A stretch of DNA of 64,000 bases, taken from assembly GCF_009914755.1 (NCBI RefSeq), contig NC_060941.1; one strand, 5' to 3'. Below are positions 27,270 to 42,520 of the stretch, piece by piece. The notes beneath the pieces are model-generated. The model did no database searches. It was not told the origin of the DNA and worked only from the letters and a program-made list of their open reading frames with translations. Every line of letters starts with the position of its first letter. Positions within the stretch are counted from its first letter, which is position 1. The translations under genes were made by a program, and so were the position numbers. This stretch comes from the human T2T-CHM13v2.0 reference genome, Homo sapiens.

Positions 27270-29190
27270 AAAAAAAAAAATCAAAAAAGTAGACAAGCCA
27301 CTAGTGAATCTAATCAATTCAAAAGGAAGAAAACACAAATATGTAAAATAAGACATCTTTGGGGGGGGAAGATCTGAAAAGGGGGAAAAATTTAAAAGTC
27401 ACAAGCTGATTTTCCCAATTTTAAGCAAATACATGTGAGAATCTAGATAAAATGGATAACTCAGAAAATACAACCTATCAAAATTGACCTGAGCGACATT
27501 AAAAAATAGAGAATAGGAAAAAAGTAGTAGAGCACTGCTACTGAATGCACCAAGCCAGGCTGGTGGATTCTACCAAACTTTAAAGATCAGTCAATCCCAA
27601 TATTACTTAAATAAGTTCAGAGCACTAGAAACAAATAAAAACAAAAAGCTTCCAAATCGATTCTTATGAAATAAGTATAATGTATTTTCCAAAACCTGAT
27701 ATTGCATCAAGAACTTTAGATTTATGAATATTGAGATATATACCTTAAATAAAATATTGGCAAGCAATCCAAATGAACATTATAAAAAAAAGTCCATCAT
27801 AATTCAGAGAGTTTTATTCCAAGAATACACATTTTGTTCCATTTTTAATGTAATTCATCACATTAATACAGCTAATGAGAAGAATTACATAATTATCTTC
27901 ATAAATGCACAGAAGGACTTTGACAAAATTAGTACTAATTCATGTTGAAAAACACAACAAAAAGAAATTTATGGATTTCCTCTACACATAAAATATACAC
28001 TTTAACTCAAAAGCTTGCATTTTACTGAAGGGAAACATTAAGGCTTTGTCACCAAAATCAGGAACAAGACAAGGATGCCTACTATCTCATTACATTGAAC
28101 ATCGGGATGGAGGTGTTAGCTAATGCAGTTAGAGAAGAGAAAGCAATTCGAGACACTGGAATTGAAAAGTAAATAAAAATAATCTTTATTTTCAGATGCA
28201 GTTGTTATTTATCTGAAAAACCCCAAAGTATCAATGGAGAAATGACTACAAATAATGAAAGAATTTAGTAAAATAGTAGGAAATAAAATTAATATATTAA
28301 AAAATCAATAGCTTTTGTGTACAGAGACAAAAAACAGAGAGAAGCTAAAATGGAAGGGACAATCCAATATATGGCAGCAAAATGATAATAAAATATTTAA
28401 GTGTACATTTTGCACAAGTGTCCAAGATTTATATGAGGAAAACTCACAAAACACTACGGAAGAAAACAAAATTGAACAAATGTAAAGGAAATCATGTCCT
28501 TGGATAGAAAAACTTAACATCACTAGAATGTTGTTTAGTCTTCCAAGGTTAACTTATACATTTAACAAAATCCCAATAACAATGTCCTAAATATCTTCTG
28601 GACAGACAGGCCAGTTAGAAAGTTCACTTGAAAGGATAAATGAGAGAGAATAGTTACAAAACGTATGGGGAATAGAAAAGCCAAAAGTGTTGGGTGTGGG
28701 TAGGATTAGCTCTACCAGATATTAAAACTTACTTGTAAAAATCTTTATAATTAAAGTAGGATGGTATTGATGCATGAATAAAAAGACAATGTAACAGAGT
28801 TGAAAATCAGAAATAGACCTCATTATATATACAAATTTAGTATGCTATGGAAGCCGCACTCAAAATCAGTGAGGATATAGGATGGAATTATTAATAAGGG
28901 GATTAGGATTATCGTAGAGCCATATGGAAAAAATTAAATGAGATTGATATCTTATACCACTCAACAGGATAAATTCCAAGTGGATCAGATATTTATAGAC
29001 AATGTAACTATACAAGTAATAAAATAAGACAACATGGATGAATACCTGTATAATCTTTGAGCAGAAAAAACTTTCTAACTATGATTTAACACCCAGAAAC
29101 ATGTTATAAGGGAAACAGTACTGCTAAAAAAATAACTTGCATGGAAAAGGAAATCATAGATACAATAAAAAGACAAAATGACAAGCTGGA
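27270..29190 (+). mobile_element. Ancient, degenerate L1 (L1M) ORF2 remnant
   Basis: A-rich, with L1 ORF2 motifs: caggaacaagacaaggatgcctactatc, catgtccttggatagaaaaacttaacat, gaaatagacctcattatatat. Many stop codons. Confidence 0.85.
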
Positions 29191-32180
29191 TTTACATGGC
29201 CAGGTAATATATACACCTCGACTGAGTGATTAAATAAGTTATTTACTGATGAGGAAATTGGTAGCTTTAACAAGGGCCATTTTGGGAGCATGTGCGAGGA
29301 CAAATCCTAATTGGAATGGACTGAGGATGAGTGGGAAATGAGGAAATAGAGGTTGTTGGTGTCCACAATACCTCTAAGAAGTTAGGTAGAGAGGGAGAAG
29401 GTAGGGTAGAGTTGAAGTGGGGGAGGAGGGGCAGGACTAATAGAGTGGAACTGACTTGAGGCTGGTCGCACAGGTGAGGGCTTACCTGTGTGATTTGCAT
29501 CAAAGGTGATTTTCTCCTACCTTTGTGAAGTTCTGAGAAATTATAAAAATCACCCAAGTTACTACTGAAAAAGAGATCAAGATCAGCAGCATTTTTTGAA
29601 GCATCGTGTTTGAGGACATGACAAATGTCCTAGGAGAGATGACACAAGAGAGGAGTCATGAGGAGTGAATCTCTCTGTACTCACTCATTATTTTATTTCT
29701 AACTTGTAATTAGCCTCCAAAATTGTGTTCTTCTTTTGTGAGTCACTCTCTTCTTTCCCTCTGTTCACTAACAACTCATACCCTCAATCCCTTTGTCTAC
29801 CTATTGGGTGCTTCTTGTCCAAGTTTCACTTAGGATTGTTGCTTCCTCCTTCCAGGACCCTGAAGTGAAGTCAAAGTTACCTCATAGGTTCTCTTAATGC
29901 CCTCTGTATTTTCTTAGTTACAACACATAACAATTACAATGACAAGCAGAAAAATTAATTCATCAGCGTGTCTTTTGGGGGAAGACTAGGGATAGTGGAT
30001 GGAACCACAGAAATATGCTCGTATTACAAAACATAATCTGTAAAATACCTTTAAAGAAAGCCAGTCCTGTTTGTTAACTGGACAGGGAGGTGGGATGGGT
30101 AGCTTTTGTTTTGCTGAATGCCAACTCTGAAATTTAGAAACAGAAACTCCTTCAGGAATGAATTACTCTGCGTAATAAACAAGAGATGATCCAATAAGGC
30201 TGGGCACTGCGTGAGGAACGGGAAAAAGGAGATAGAAAGGGACGGTGAGGGAGAGAGACGGGGATAGAGAGAGAGAGAAGCTCGTCCACACCATGCCCCT
30301 GTTAGTACCATCATGGAGATCAGAAATAAAATTATATGCTTTAAATAGCTTATTTTGGGAAACAAAATGTAAAGCCTTGCCTCTTGGTCCCTTACCAAAT
30401 CCTCAGTGAAGTCTCAATTGTGTGAAAGCTTTTGTGTGAGTGGATTCATTTTGTGGAATCCAAAAAGGTTCTATGTTTTGAATCTGGTATGTGCAGAGCA
30501 AAATTACATACTTCACATGCAAAATGGAAGGGAGAGAACAAAGGATCACTTTAGAGCTGGTTAACCTTTGGGAAGTCCAAGATGAAATTACTTTAAACAA
30601 GATGTAGTACACAGTTGCAGCTCATATTGAATCACCACATTCTGATTGATCTACGACTCCCCAGTTACTGAAGCGTGGTGTGGGAGAACCTGTAGAGGTG
30701 TTGAGTGTTGAGACCGAATGAATGCAGGAGAGAAGAGAAGGGCCAGCTCTAATGTGTGTCACACACTATATTGCAATAGATTGTTTACTTTTTAATTTCC
30801 CAAAGACTGTCAATTACTGAAGAATTGGAATAATGTCTGTCACAGCATTATAGGCCCAGGGCCTAGCATGGTGCCTGACAAGCACAATATTTGTTGAATA
30901 AATAATTTCAAAACAGAATCCTGATTTTTAGAATGACTTCAACTTCTATCCACTGAAATATCATATTTTCTCAAAAAGCACATTCAATAGGGCAAAAAAA
31001 AAAAAAAAAATCAGTCAAGGGGCTACTCTGACCCCTCCTGCCCCCGAGACTGACCCAGGTTTTCTGACTTCAAAGTGAATTTCATAAAGTATGAGTTATA
31101 ATGTCTCATCTGATTCATTTTTCCTTGCCCAGAAAGTAGTGTGTATGGATACGTTTCAGCAGCATTTGAAAAAAAAAGTATGGTTGCCATTGCACTTCTG
31201 TAAATCTTAGATTCTCAACCTCCTTGTCATAGATCTTTAAACTTATCCTGTAAAGTACTGGGTACTTACCCAATAGGCGTCAGGTACCATGGAATGCACT
31301 GAAGATAAAGAGAAGCAGCAAAACGAATGAATAAACATGTATGTTGGATAAGAATACAGTAGTAGAAATACCAAATTCTTGTTGATCTCTGAAGAAACCT
31401 TGTTCTTCTAAGCTCCTGAGTCTTTGCCCAAGCTGTTCTGCCTGAAATTCTTATTACCTCCTCCCTCACTGCACCAACACTGCTCAATCTCCACCATGCT
31501 TCCTGGTAAACTTGGAAAATTCCTATTCATTGTTTGGGTTTGAGCTTTAATGCCAACTGTTCTTTCCTCAATCATTTTCATTGATAATTTATTCCTTTGT
31601 GCTCTTATAGTCTCGTATGCATACCTTTGTAATAATATGTGCTACACTGTTGTATCTCCTTATGTGTCTGTGCCTTCATTAGATTGATGGATATTCTAGA
31701 GGAGAGTCCCTCGAAAACTCCCTCATTCGAGAGGAGAATCACCTCAGGCTGAATCCACCTACCTTGGATTGCTGATATGTCACAAGATTCTGGTCCTGAC
31801 AACCAAGCAGTTCTGTGGCTCCTATCCCTGGTCTGACATTTCCGCTGATGCACTACCAACTTTGGTTAGAATTGGCTCGTTTGAGAGTGGCCAGAGAGCT
31901 TCTTTGCCAGAAAGAATTTTATTGATGGCAGAGTTTTGGAATTTATTAACCGCATCCTCTATATCATACTTATTTTTGCATCTATTTTCTACTTGCAACC
32001 CTTAATCAAGATCACATTTGTCTAAGCCGTAAGTAACTGCAAATCAGAATTCTTCTTAGAACCCTATGGCCAGATAATCTCATTTATTCTGAAATCAATG
32101 TCTCACCTAGATTCTACTCCTTAGCTTGGGCTCTGCATATCTCAGTGTCTTTAAAATGTTTCCACTTGGAAATCCTCACT

Positions 32181-32388
32181 GGTAGAGGTGAGCTGAACCC
32201 AGCCTGTGCTAGCTTATGAAAGCCTATTCATGCACATTTCTTTCCAACTGCTTATTTGGTGACATCATCTTGGTAGCTTGAAATAGGCCATCACGGGTAC
32301 ATTTGCATCATGGAAATCATCAAAGGCTGTAAACAGGATTTTTTGTTTTTGTTTTCTGGGAGAGCAGGTTTGTCTGTATACCCCTGCT
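32181..32388. mobile_element. MER63-like hAT element
   Basis: gacatcatcttggtagcttgaaataggccat...catggaaatc resembles MER63A from memory. Confidence 0.5.
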
Positions 32389-34316
32389 CATAGGAATCTC
32401 AAAGTCAGCTTGTTCAATTGGAATGTTTTTTCTTCTTCCAAATGTCTTCTGCTTCTTCTTCTCCCTGTCTGTGAATGGTATCCCAAATGAGAAACTTGGC
32501 CACTGTCTTAGTCACTTGTCTCCTCTCCTTATGCTTCTATATGGTCATCCTCAGACAGGATTGAATCAATGTACAGAGCCCGTTAGTTGTCTCTGTCATC
32601 AGTTGTACATATACAACATTTAAAAACAGTTTCTGGCACTTAGTTTAAGCACTAAGTAATTAGCAACTATTACCGTCACCACCCCAACTACTACTATTTA
32701 TGCATGGGAGTAAATTTTGAGATTGGCTTTTTTCTCCCACTCAGCGTAATGTCCATGATGTCCATCCAAGTTTTGGCATGCGTCAGCAGTTCATGTCGAC
32801 ATATTGCCTCACTCACAATTAGGCAATATTGTTTGTTATCTTGGTTTCTTTAACTAATATTGTTTCTAAAACCTACTCCTCACTTCTTGATTTGTTTCTT
32901 ATCTTGTAAAGTCTTTGGCAGCTCTTTCAGAGGGGACCAATATTAGACTGAGTACATATTTTTTCTTCCTAAATAGATGATACATTTACTTGCTATAGAA
33001 TTAGGTGAAAACTATTTTTCTTCTTAGCCTTGAGGATACTGTTTCATTCTCTTCATGCATCCAATGTCATTGATGAAATGTCTGATGTCAAAGTTAGTAT
33101 AATTGTGGATCTTTGTAGCATTTTTCTCTCCATCCTTGGTATTATGAAATTTTATGCAGATCTTTTTATCTTCATCATGCTTGGCAACTTTTAATGGCCC
33201 ATTAGACCTGAGATCTAATATCTGTTAACTTTTCTTTCATAATTTTGATCACACTTTCCTGTTATTCTATATTCTGCAGGAATTCTTGAGTTAACATTTT
33301 ATCTCTCCAGTTTGTTTTCGTTTTGATCTTTAGTGTGTCCCTCATGTTTTTCTTTATTTCACATATCACATTTTAAATTTAACAAATATCTAGTTAACTC
33401 TAAGTATGGCTGCAATATCCTCTCGCATCACTCTGGTAATTAAACACACTTATTCTAAATTCTTGTATCAACTGTCCTTTTAACTTTGTTTTCTTGGCAT
33501 GCCAGTTTCTTCTGATTATTGTGCTTTGTGCCTCTCTTTCAGGTATTAGTCTCTTTCAAATGATTGGTAATTTTTGGTTATGTGTTCACCTTTGCATTTG
33601 AAATTTTCTGCTAGCCTCCCTGTAAATGTTGGGTTTATTTATTGCAATTTTCTTCTGGGAGAGGGGTTAGAAATATTTCCTGGTGCTGAGTGCCAATATC
33701 CATTCTTCTGAGAGTGCGTGCTCTCTTCTTCCCTCTTGGGGATTACGCACAGCACTGCTCTGTCTTCCCAACCCTTGCACACATTCTCAGTGCTTCCATA
33801 TGATATGTGGAGAGGTCATTCCTCATGGCTCTCTCTGTCAAACTCTGTGTCCACCTTTACTGATTTCAGTAAGAGTCATAGGAAAAGACAGAAATACTAT
33901 TATTTTACATATTTCTCATCAGGATATCCAACAAGTTCTCTTTGATATCAAACATAAAACCTGGGACTATTTAATTATGCCATTTTCCTAGATCCAAAAA
34001 TAATCATATATCTCTACTTAATTGAAAAAAACAATGTTCCTCTAGTAGGAGACCCAATATATGCTTTGAGCATCTTGAGTGCCAATTGCCTTGCATGTGT
34101 GCTGTGTTTAATCGTGTGAGGTTGTTTTTCTTCCCCATGTTCACTAATGGGGCATCTGAGGCTCAGAGAGCTTAATTGTCCTATGAGTAAAAGCTGTGTA
34201 TACACGGAGACACATATACTGGGGGAAGAAGCCAGGTCTGCCTCCCCTCAATGGCCATGCCATCTATTCTGCCTCTAGGCCTCTAAACTAACTGCAGGGA
34301 CTTTCTTCTTTCATAA

Positions 34317-34677
<361 letters not shown>

Positions 34678-37600
34678 CTCTTTTATGTTCTGTAGTAAAT
34701 AAAGATGACCGATTCCTGAACATTGAGAAGAGGCTAAATATGTAAATATTTAGGAAGAGTGAAAAAAAAATGTGCCCCAGCCTCTTCTCAATGTCATTAT
34801 AAACTATCTTGGCAGAGGTTGATATCCAAGGAATAATTTCTCTCCCAAATTATGCCAATCAGAATTTCACTCGACCATAATTCTTTTAACCAGTTTCAGA
34901 GGAATAATAAATTTCAAAATTGTTCAAGGTACTTGTAGTTCAAGTACATTTTGACAGGTGTAAAACTGTAGACACACTGATACAAACATATTCTAATTGA
35001 CTTAAAAGTATATGGGACCTATTTCAAAATCTAGATTTTAAAATGTCGTGTCAACATACCCATGTTCTCCTTGTGAAATAATTGCTTTTTATTCTCTGGA
35101 TAGAATAATTTAATCTTTAAACCTTCAATTCAGTTAAAAACAAAATATTACATAAGGATATGCTTATAAAAATATTTCACAACTAGCTTTTCAATTCAGA
35201 AATATATGTGAAAAATCATCAAGCGTCTAATGGATTTCAAGGAGAAATGGGTTAGTAATTTATTCCATATGTCTCAATTTTTCCTAGACACAAGGCTTCC
35301 TTTAAAATAATTGTAGGCGTTTAAGAAACCATGTAAACTAAAAAGAAGAAATTGTGACACTGCCACTTAGGTTTTTTAAATCTTTGGACATGAATCAATA
35401 TATTTTTAAATTTTATCTTAATTAGACATGGTGAGTTCACCATCTTCCTGTCAGTATAGCATCCAAGCTGATTATCATAGATTACAAGTTCAACTATCAA
35501 CTGTGTTCTGAGAGTCTAAAAAAATTAATGAATTATTTGTTTGGGTATTCTTAAAGCAGGAGTGAGGACACAGCGAAAGTGAGACAAGCAAGAGAGAACA
35601 AACTAAAACAGGAAAGATAGAAAAGCCAATACCACACGTGTTAAGAGGCAAGTTCCTGTGTTAGATATCTGGGCTTAATTCTATGGGAAGCTATGTGGAG
35701 CATGCCTCAGAATTACATCACTGAATCCAGGGAGATTCTTCTTAGTTACCCTCACCTTTTCTTCCCACTTCATCCCCAGTATCAAGCTCCCGTGCTGCTA
35801 GACAAAGTCCTCAGCTAGAAACAGGTGCAAATTCTGGAGATGAGACCTTGTAGAGTGTTAAGAATGGTTTTCTTCCCAGCAGCTACAGGTAAGGAATAGG
35901 GGCTGGGCTATTTATACATCTGCTACAAATCACTAAAGCCCTTATGCTCCTTTTGGTGATCGAGAATGTATTTAAAAATATTAGATGATGAAGAAGGGCT
36001 GCAGAAAGGAGGAAACAGAAACAAACAGCACACTTCTTGGTTTATTTTTATTCATTTCATCAGTTTCAAGGAAAATGTGTTGGGAGTTCCTGGCATAGAG
36101 AATGTTACAAAGACATGTTTTCAATACTGGTGCTATCCCCAGGGCAGAGAAGACCCAGAGAATGCCCAAGTGGCTGCTGGAACAAAGTCAGACACCGTGC
36201 CACCTGTCCACACTCGTTGGCTCTGCCACCTTGCTGAAGATCGGTTTAAAGGACTGGCTTCTCTCCCCCCAAAATTAAAAGAGCACAAACTGAGAAACTG
36301 AATGTAGGAGACAGCAGTGGATTATGCTGTTCTCGGGGGTCACCTCAGGTTTGGAAGCATTCTTTCAAATTAACCCATCTCAGGCCATCTGCAGAGGAGA
36401 AAGGTGGTACCTAACTTTTTTTCTTGTCAGCACTTGGTAGGGGTGTTTATTGACCAAATATGTTCCCACAACCTAGTTTTTTGTAACTAACTAAATATAG
36501 TAGATTTTTAAATTTTATCATCAAATTCTATGGACAATTTTTGATTAAAATAGACTCCACATCTATGTCATGTTTTCTTCTTATTATTAATTACATTGCT
36601 GTATCAAAGAACAAGACTTCAGAATCAAGAATATCTTGTCTCTTGGCATTGAATTTATACAAGGTGCTCTTTCTTTAATGGTGTCTCAAAGGACATATTT
36701 TTACTCATTAAAAAGGAAGATCGGAATCTAGTTGTATGCACTGCTCCAACATACTAATAATTAAAATTAGGAGGTAAATGTGGTCAAAGCTAGAGAAAGA
36801 CTTGAGATGCCATTTATAGTGATTGCTGTATAGCACTCTACAAACAGAAATTGTTAAATAATAGTTTAAAGAAATATTTTGTAGCATTTCAAATATTTGA
36901 GTGCCTGAAGTTTCTCCTCTTATATAGTTCAGATTATCAATTTGAAGACTTACTCCACTAGTTAATATGTTTTTAGTCGCGTTTGAGTATTATATAAAAG
37001 GAATTTTCAGTTAAATGTGTTCCGCTTACATAAAACATTACAAATTAGTGAGGATTTAATTACATTTTCATGTTCCTGTAATGTCTTTAGAATATTTTCA
37101 TATTATTAACTATCAATATATGTATGCTTTGTCAAAGAAAAATCAAACATATATATCATTGAAATTGAAAAATTTTAAAAGTACTTATTAATTCTATTGA
37201 AAAACCAAATCTGTAGGAACAATTACAATATAATATTGTGAACATGTAAATATACATTCGATGTCTATTTTATATATAAGCATATATGATTAAAAATACA
37301 GTTAAGAATTTTTAAACCTAGTATTATAAAGTAAAAATTAGTTAACTTCTGATGATTATTTGTTAATTAAGATATAATTATTTTGATTTGGGTGATTTTA
37401 AATAAACAAAAATATTAAATTACATGACAAAAATTCCTTATAAAATGTTTATGATTTTTACATTGGTTTTATCACTTTATCCACTATTTTATTTTAAGAT
37501 GACCTGCCTTTTTTAAAACACTGTATTCATCTTAATTAATTTAAATTCCATTTGTCAAAAAATTAACAAATGATTTGCTCTATTATACAGTGCGGTTATA

Positions 37601-38700
37601 AACTGAGTCAGTATCTCAAGATTTGATCCCCATTATCGTCATCTGTGGCTCTATTTGTTTTATAAATGTATTGTCTTTTTCCATGCCTGTCACATCGCTA
37701 TTGCTCACTCATTTTTCTCTTTGTCCCTTATAGGGAGCATTGCCTATCTCTAGATTAAGCAAAAGTTGCATCTTAAAAAAGCACAATAACCTGCTCAATC
37801 TTTCTCACACAAACAAATGTTTGTCAAGAAATTAAAGTGTAGATGATGATACAAAGAGCTTGATTAAATTAGATGCCACAGTACCCTTGTGATTCAGAAT
37901 ATGAATGTTATTTAATTTCTTTGAAACCAATAATTGCTGATTGACATTAATTAATGCCAATATTTCAGAAGTTGTCCTAGTTAGTGAAATATATACAACA
38001 TGCAAAAGATTCAGAACTCTGAAAGGCAAGATTATTCTATAATTAAGAATTAAGAATTAATTCACATTAATTATTGGGGAGAAATAATTATTAAGAATTA
38101 ATTACTGAGACAATGTTTTTATTTTTTATTTAGAAAATTATTTTGTGCATGAGCATTACTGCAAGTTTTGCAAGAAACATCAATTTAAAGAAATAATTAT
38201 GTGCAAAAGATGAATTTAATAACATCTTGATATTTTCCACGATTAGAGTTTTATTTGGTAAATCTTCAAATGCACATCAACTAAAGATAATAAATGAATC
38301 TTGGAAATCCTGTAGGTAAGGGTAAACAGTAGGATGCATCCAATTGCATTTACACGCACATACAATTACATTTACACCCATACATGCACACACACTCACT
38401 GATACACGTGTGTATATATATATACATGAATTTACTAATTGATTTTAACTAATATTTATAAGAGCCAGTTGGATTGAGATATATTGTTGAACCTGAAAAA
38501 TATTTATTATATACGTGTTTAAAATACACAAAGAAATAAATAGTAATTGCACTAGGCATTTGAAACTGTACTAAAATATAAGCTGTGAACATTTTGTGAT
38601 CGTTACAAATTCTTACACTGAATAAATATTTTTATTTTTATAATATTATCTTTGATACATGTGTACATTTTTTACAATGTGTTATTTTATTTTTGTCATA

Positions 38701-39038
38701 GAGTCATGTCATGCATAATAACATTTCAAAGACGGATTACATATACAAAAGTGGTCCCATGAGATTTTAATACATATTTTTACATACTTTTCTATGTTTA
38801 AGTATGTTTAGATACATAAACTCTTACCACTGTGTTCTTATTGCCTGTGGTATTCAGTACAGTAATGTAGTACACAGGTTTGTAGCCTAGGAGAGAGAGG
38901 ATCTACCATATAACCTAGATGTGGTAGGCTGTACAATCTAGGTGTTTGTAATATTCTCTGTGATGTTTACAAAACGATGAAATTGCCTATGGATGCACCT
39001 GTTAGAACGTATCCCTATCATTCAGTAATGTGTGACTG
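38701..39038. mobile_element. Tigger3a (MER7A) non-autonomous DNA transposon
   Basis: TA|gagtcatg ... tgtgactg|TA termini, the internal motif acaggtttgtagcctaggag, and a length of ~340 bp. Confidence 0.8.
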
Positions 39039-39559
39039 TACTAAAATGCTCAATCTAATTTTCAGTGCCCTCCATAAAATTGTTGTACTGTGAAATACAA
39101 ATCTCTCACCCATGGCCTGAATATGTTTCAAACCTAGCAGATCATGGGAAGGAGAATGTGCTGGCATCGCTGGGATGATTTTCTCACACTACATGAATAA
39201 TATCTCCAGACTTCGCGAATATGAGCCACTTGCATAAAGTAGGCATCTCTTTGCTGGGAAATTTATCAAATGGGAGTGTGAAGTGTTTTTAAAAGATACT
39301 TGTTTGTTTGTAGCTGGTAGGCCTACAGTGGCTCATGGCAATGGTTGAGGTTGCTAAGATTTGGTGGAGGGAGGCAAAATGAAATGGCCACTTATATGGT
39401 ATATGGATCACTTGTTTCTGTTGAGTTACAGACTCAGCTGGCTATTTCTCCCAATGTTAGTTATTTGGAGAAAAAAACATGATGGTAATTTTGGGGTAAC
39501 AAATACAATATTTGATGAAAGCAAATTTATTGAGGGTTACACAAACTACAGGATACTTT

Positions 39560-39935
39560 AGGCTGCAAAGTCAACACGAGACTTCTGGCCCAAATTGTGC
39601 AGAGTTTGGGTCCAGCTGCAAAGTTCAAAGGAAGAGGCCATATAAGACGATTCTCACTTTTGACACCAACTGCCGTTCAGGGGTTTCCCCAGAACACCCT
39701 CAGTTTCAAGTATTTACTAGAAAGACTCACAGAACTCATTGAATGCCATTGTACTCATGGTTTATAATAGAGAAAGGGTAGAAATTAGGACGAATTGAAG
39801 AGACATATCATATAAGGTGGAATCTAGGAGATTTTGAATGTTAAGTTTCCATTGTCTTCAGGACATATTACCTGTCATTGTTGTACAGCAATAAACATGG
39901 AGTACTACCAACCTGGGGAGCTCACCTGATGCTAA
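39560..39935. mobile_element. MER21-like LTR fragment
   Basis: cacttttgacaccaactgc...tttactagaaagactcacagaactca...tactcatggtttat matches the MER21 family from memory. Confidence 0.65.
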
Positions 39936-39944
39936 AAAGACACG

Positions 39945-42520
39945 ATTTAGAAAATGAAAAGACAAAGGAAAGGATGAGATAAGATGACCTTCCACATTAA
40001 GGCACTGGAAAAAATAGCAAACTAAACCTAAAGCAAGCAGAAGGAAGAAAATAAAAATTAGATAAATTAATAATTTATAATATTAATCATATTTGTTAGT
40101 ACTGACTAATTGATATTAATTCTTGACTAACTTTTTTAAAAAGAGAAATATTCACTTCCCAATTTATTCTGTTGGGCCAGTGTTACCTTGATACAAAAGT
40201 TAGTGCAAATAGCATAGAAAAATAAAACTACTGTAAGTATAAACGCAGAATTCCTTAAAAAATACTAACAAATCAAATCTAGCAACATATAAAAGAATTA
40301 TACACTATGACAAAGTGAAATTTATACTAGTAATCCCAGGTTGGTTTAACAGCCCCAAATCCATTAAGGTAATACATCTTACCCATAGAATAAGAAACGA
40401 GAATTGCATGATCATCTCGATAGATTCAGAAAAGACATTTAACAAAATCCAAATGCTTTAATGATTACAAATAAAAATAAAAACTCAATGAACCAGGAAT
40501 AGAGAACTTTCTACACCCGATACATGGCACCCGTGAAAAGCTAACAGCAAACATTCAACTTAGTGGTGAAAGAAAGGATACTTTCCCGCTATGGTCAGAG
40601 ATAAGAATAAGATATATACTTTGACCTCTTCTAGTCAACACTATACTAAAGATTTTATGCAGGGCAAATCGGCAAGTAAAGAAATAAGAGTCACCCATAT
40701 TGAACAGGAAGAAATAAAACTTTTTTTGCAAATAACATTCTTGTATATAGAAAATTTTAAGGAATCCACTGAACGATAGAACTAGTAAATTATTTCAGCA
40801 ATATTACAGCATAGAAGATATACAAAAATCAATTGCACACATCTACAATGAAAACCCCAAAATGAAGTTAAGAAAACACTTCAATGTACAATAGCATCAA
40901 AAAAAGAAATAATAATTAATTTGGAAAATGTGATACAAGATTTTACTCTGAAAATTAAAAATTATTGTTTAAAGAAGATCTAGATAATTAGCAAACATCT
41001 TACAGCCATGAATTGGAAGATTTAACATTGTACTACTTTACAATTAGAACTACAGATTTGACGAAATCCCTGCAAGTATCCCAACAGACTTCTGTCTAGA
41101 AACTGACAAGCTGATTCTGAAATACACATGGAATTGTAAGGGACTCAAAATAGCCAAAATAGTCTTGAAAAAAAGAAAACGTATTAGGATAATTCACACC
41201 TCCGTGCTCCAAACCTTACGGCAAAGCATCAGTAATCAAGACAACATAATACTGATGAAGGAAAAATATACAGACTGATGGAAGAGAGTTGAGAGTCCAT
41301 ATATAAAACTGTGTATCTATAGTCAATGGATTCTTACAGTGGTGCCATGTGCAATTCAATGAGGAAGAGACAGTCTTTGAACACACTGGGTCAACAACGT
41401 ATACGTGGATCACCACTTGCAAAATAATAAATTCGAACCCTTACCCCAAAGCATACAAAAATATTAACTCAAATGAACTAAAGACATACATGCAGAGCTA
41501 GAATAAAGCATATGGGAAAATCTTCAGGATTTTTGATCTAGCAAAGAAATAGCTGTAACACCAAAAACATGAGCAAAAAAATAAAAATTAGATATTTAAA
41601 ATTTCTTAAAAATTAAAGACATTGGTGTTTCAAAGGACAACCAAGAAAGTCAAAAGGCAGCTCAAAAATTGTGAGAAGATATTTGAAAAACACATATCTA
41701 TATGTCTGTATATATATGTATCTTGAATATAGAAAAATTGTTTTAACTCAGTAACAAATATCCCAACTCAAAACTGATAAATGCTAGGAAAGATGTGTTT
41801 CCCAAGAAGATACACGAACGGTCAATAATCCCATAAAAAGATTCTCAATAGCAGCACTCATCAGGCAACTATAAATCAAAACCACAGTTAGATACTCTAT
41901 GGCCAGAACTGGCCACTTTGGAAAATAGTTTGATGGCTTCTAAATATATTAAACATAGAATTGTCATATGTCCCAGAAATTTATTCCCAGTTATACACTC
42001 AGAGTATTGGAAAGAGGTGTTCAAACACAAATTGTACACAAGTATTTTTAGCAGCAGTATTTACAATAGCCAAAGGCTGAACACAACTCAAATGTCAATA
42101 AAAATGTTATTGGATAAACAAAATGTTATATCCATGCAATTGAATGTTATACAGTTATAAAAAGAAATAAAGTACCAATACGCACATGAACCTTGATAGC
42201 ATTATGCCAACTGAAAGAAGCCAGGCACAAAAGGCCACCTATTGTATGATTCTATTTAGATGAAAATAGAATAGGAAAATCTACAGAGACAGGAAACAGA
42301 TTTGTGGTTGCTTAGGATTGAGGAGGGGATGGGTGCATAGGAGGTTAACAGCTAAAGAAGGTGGGGTTTCTTTTTGAAGTGATGAAAATGCTCTAAAATT
42401 CATTGTGATGATGGCTCCACTTATCTGTGCATATACTATAAAAGCCACTGACTTGTAGACATTCGATGTGTGCACTCTATACTATGTAAACTATATCTCA
42501 ATAAATCCTTTCAAAAATAC
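39945..42520 (+). mobile_element. Degenerate, internally deleted L1 (L1MA/MB-type) ORF2 plus 3' UTR
   Basis: Motifs catgatcatctcgatagattcagaaaagacatttaacaaaatccaa, gaattggaagatttaacattgt and gcagcagtatttacaatagccaaa; 3' end tgtaaactatatctcaataaa. Confidence 0.9.
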
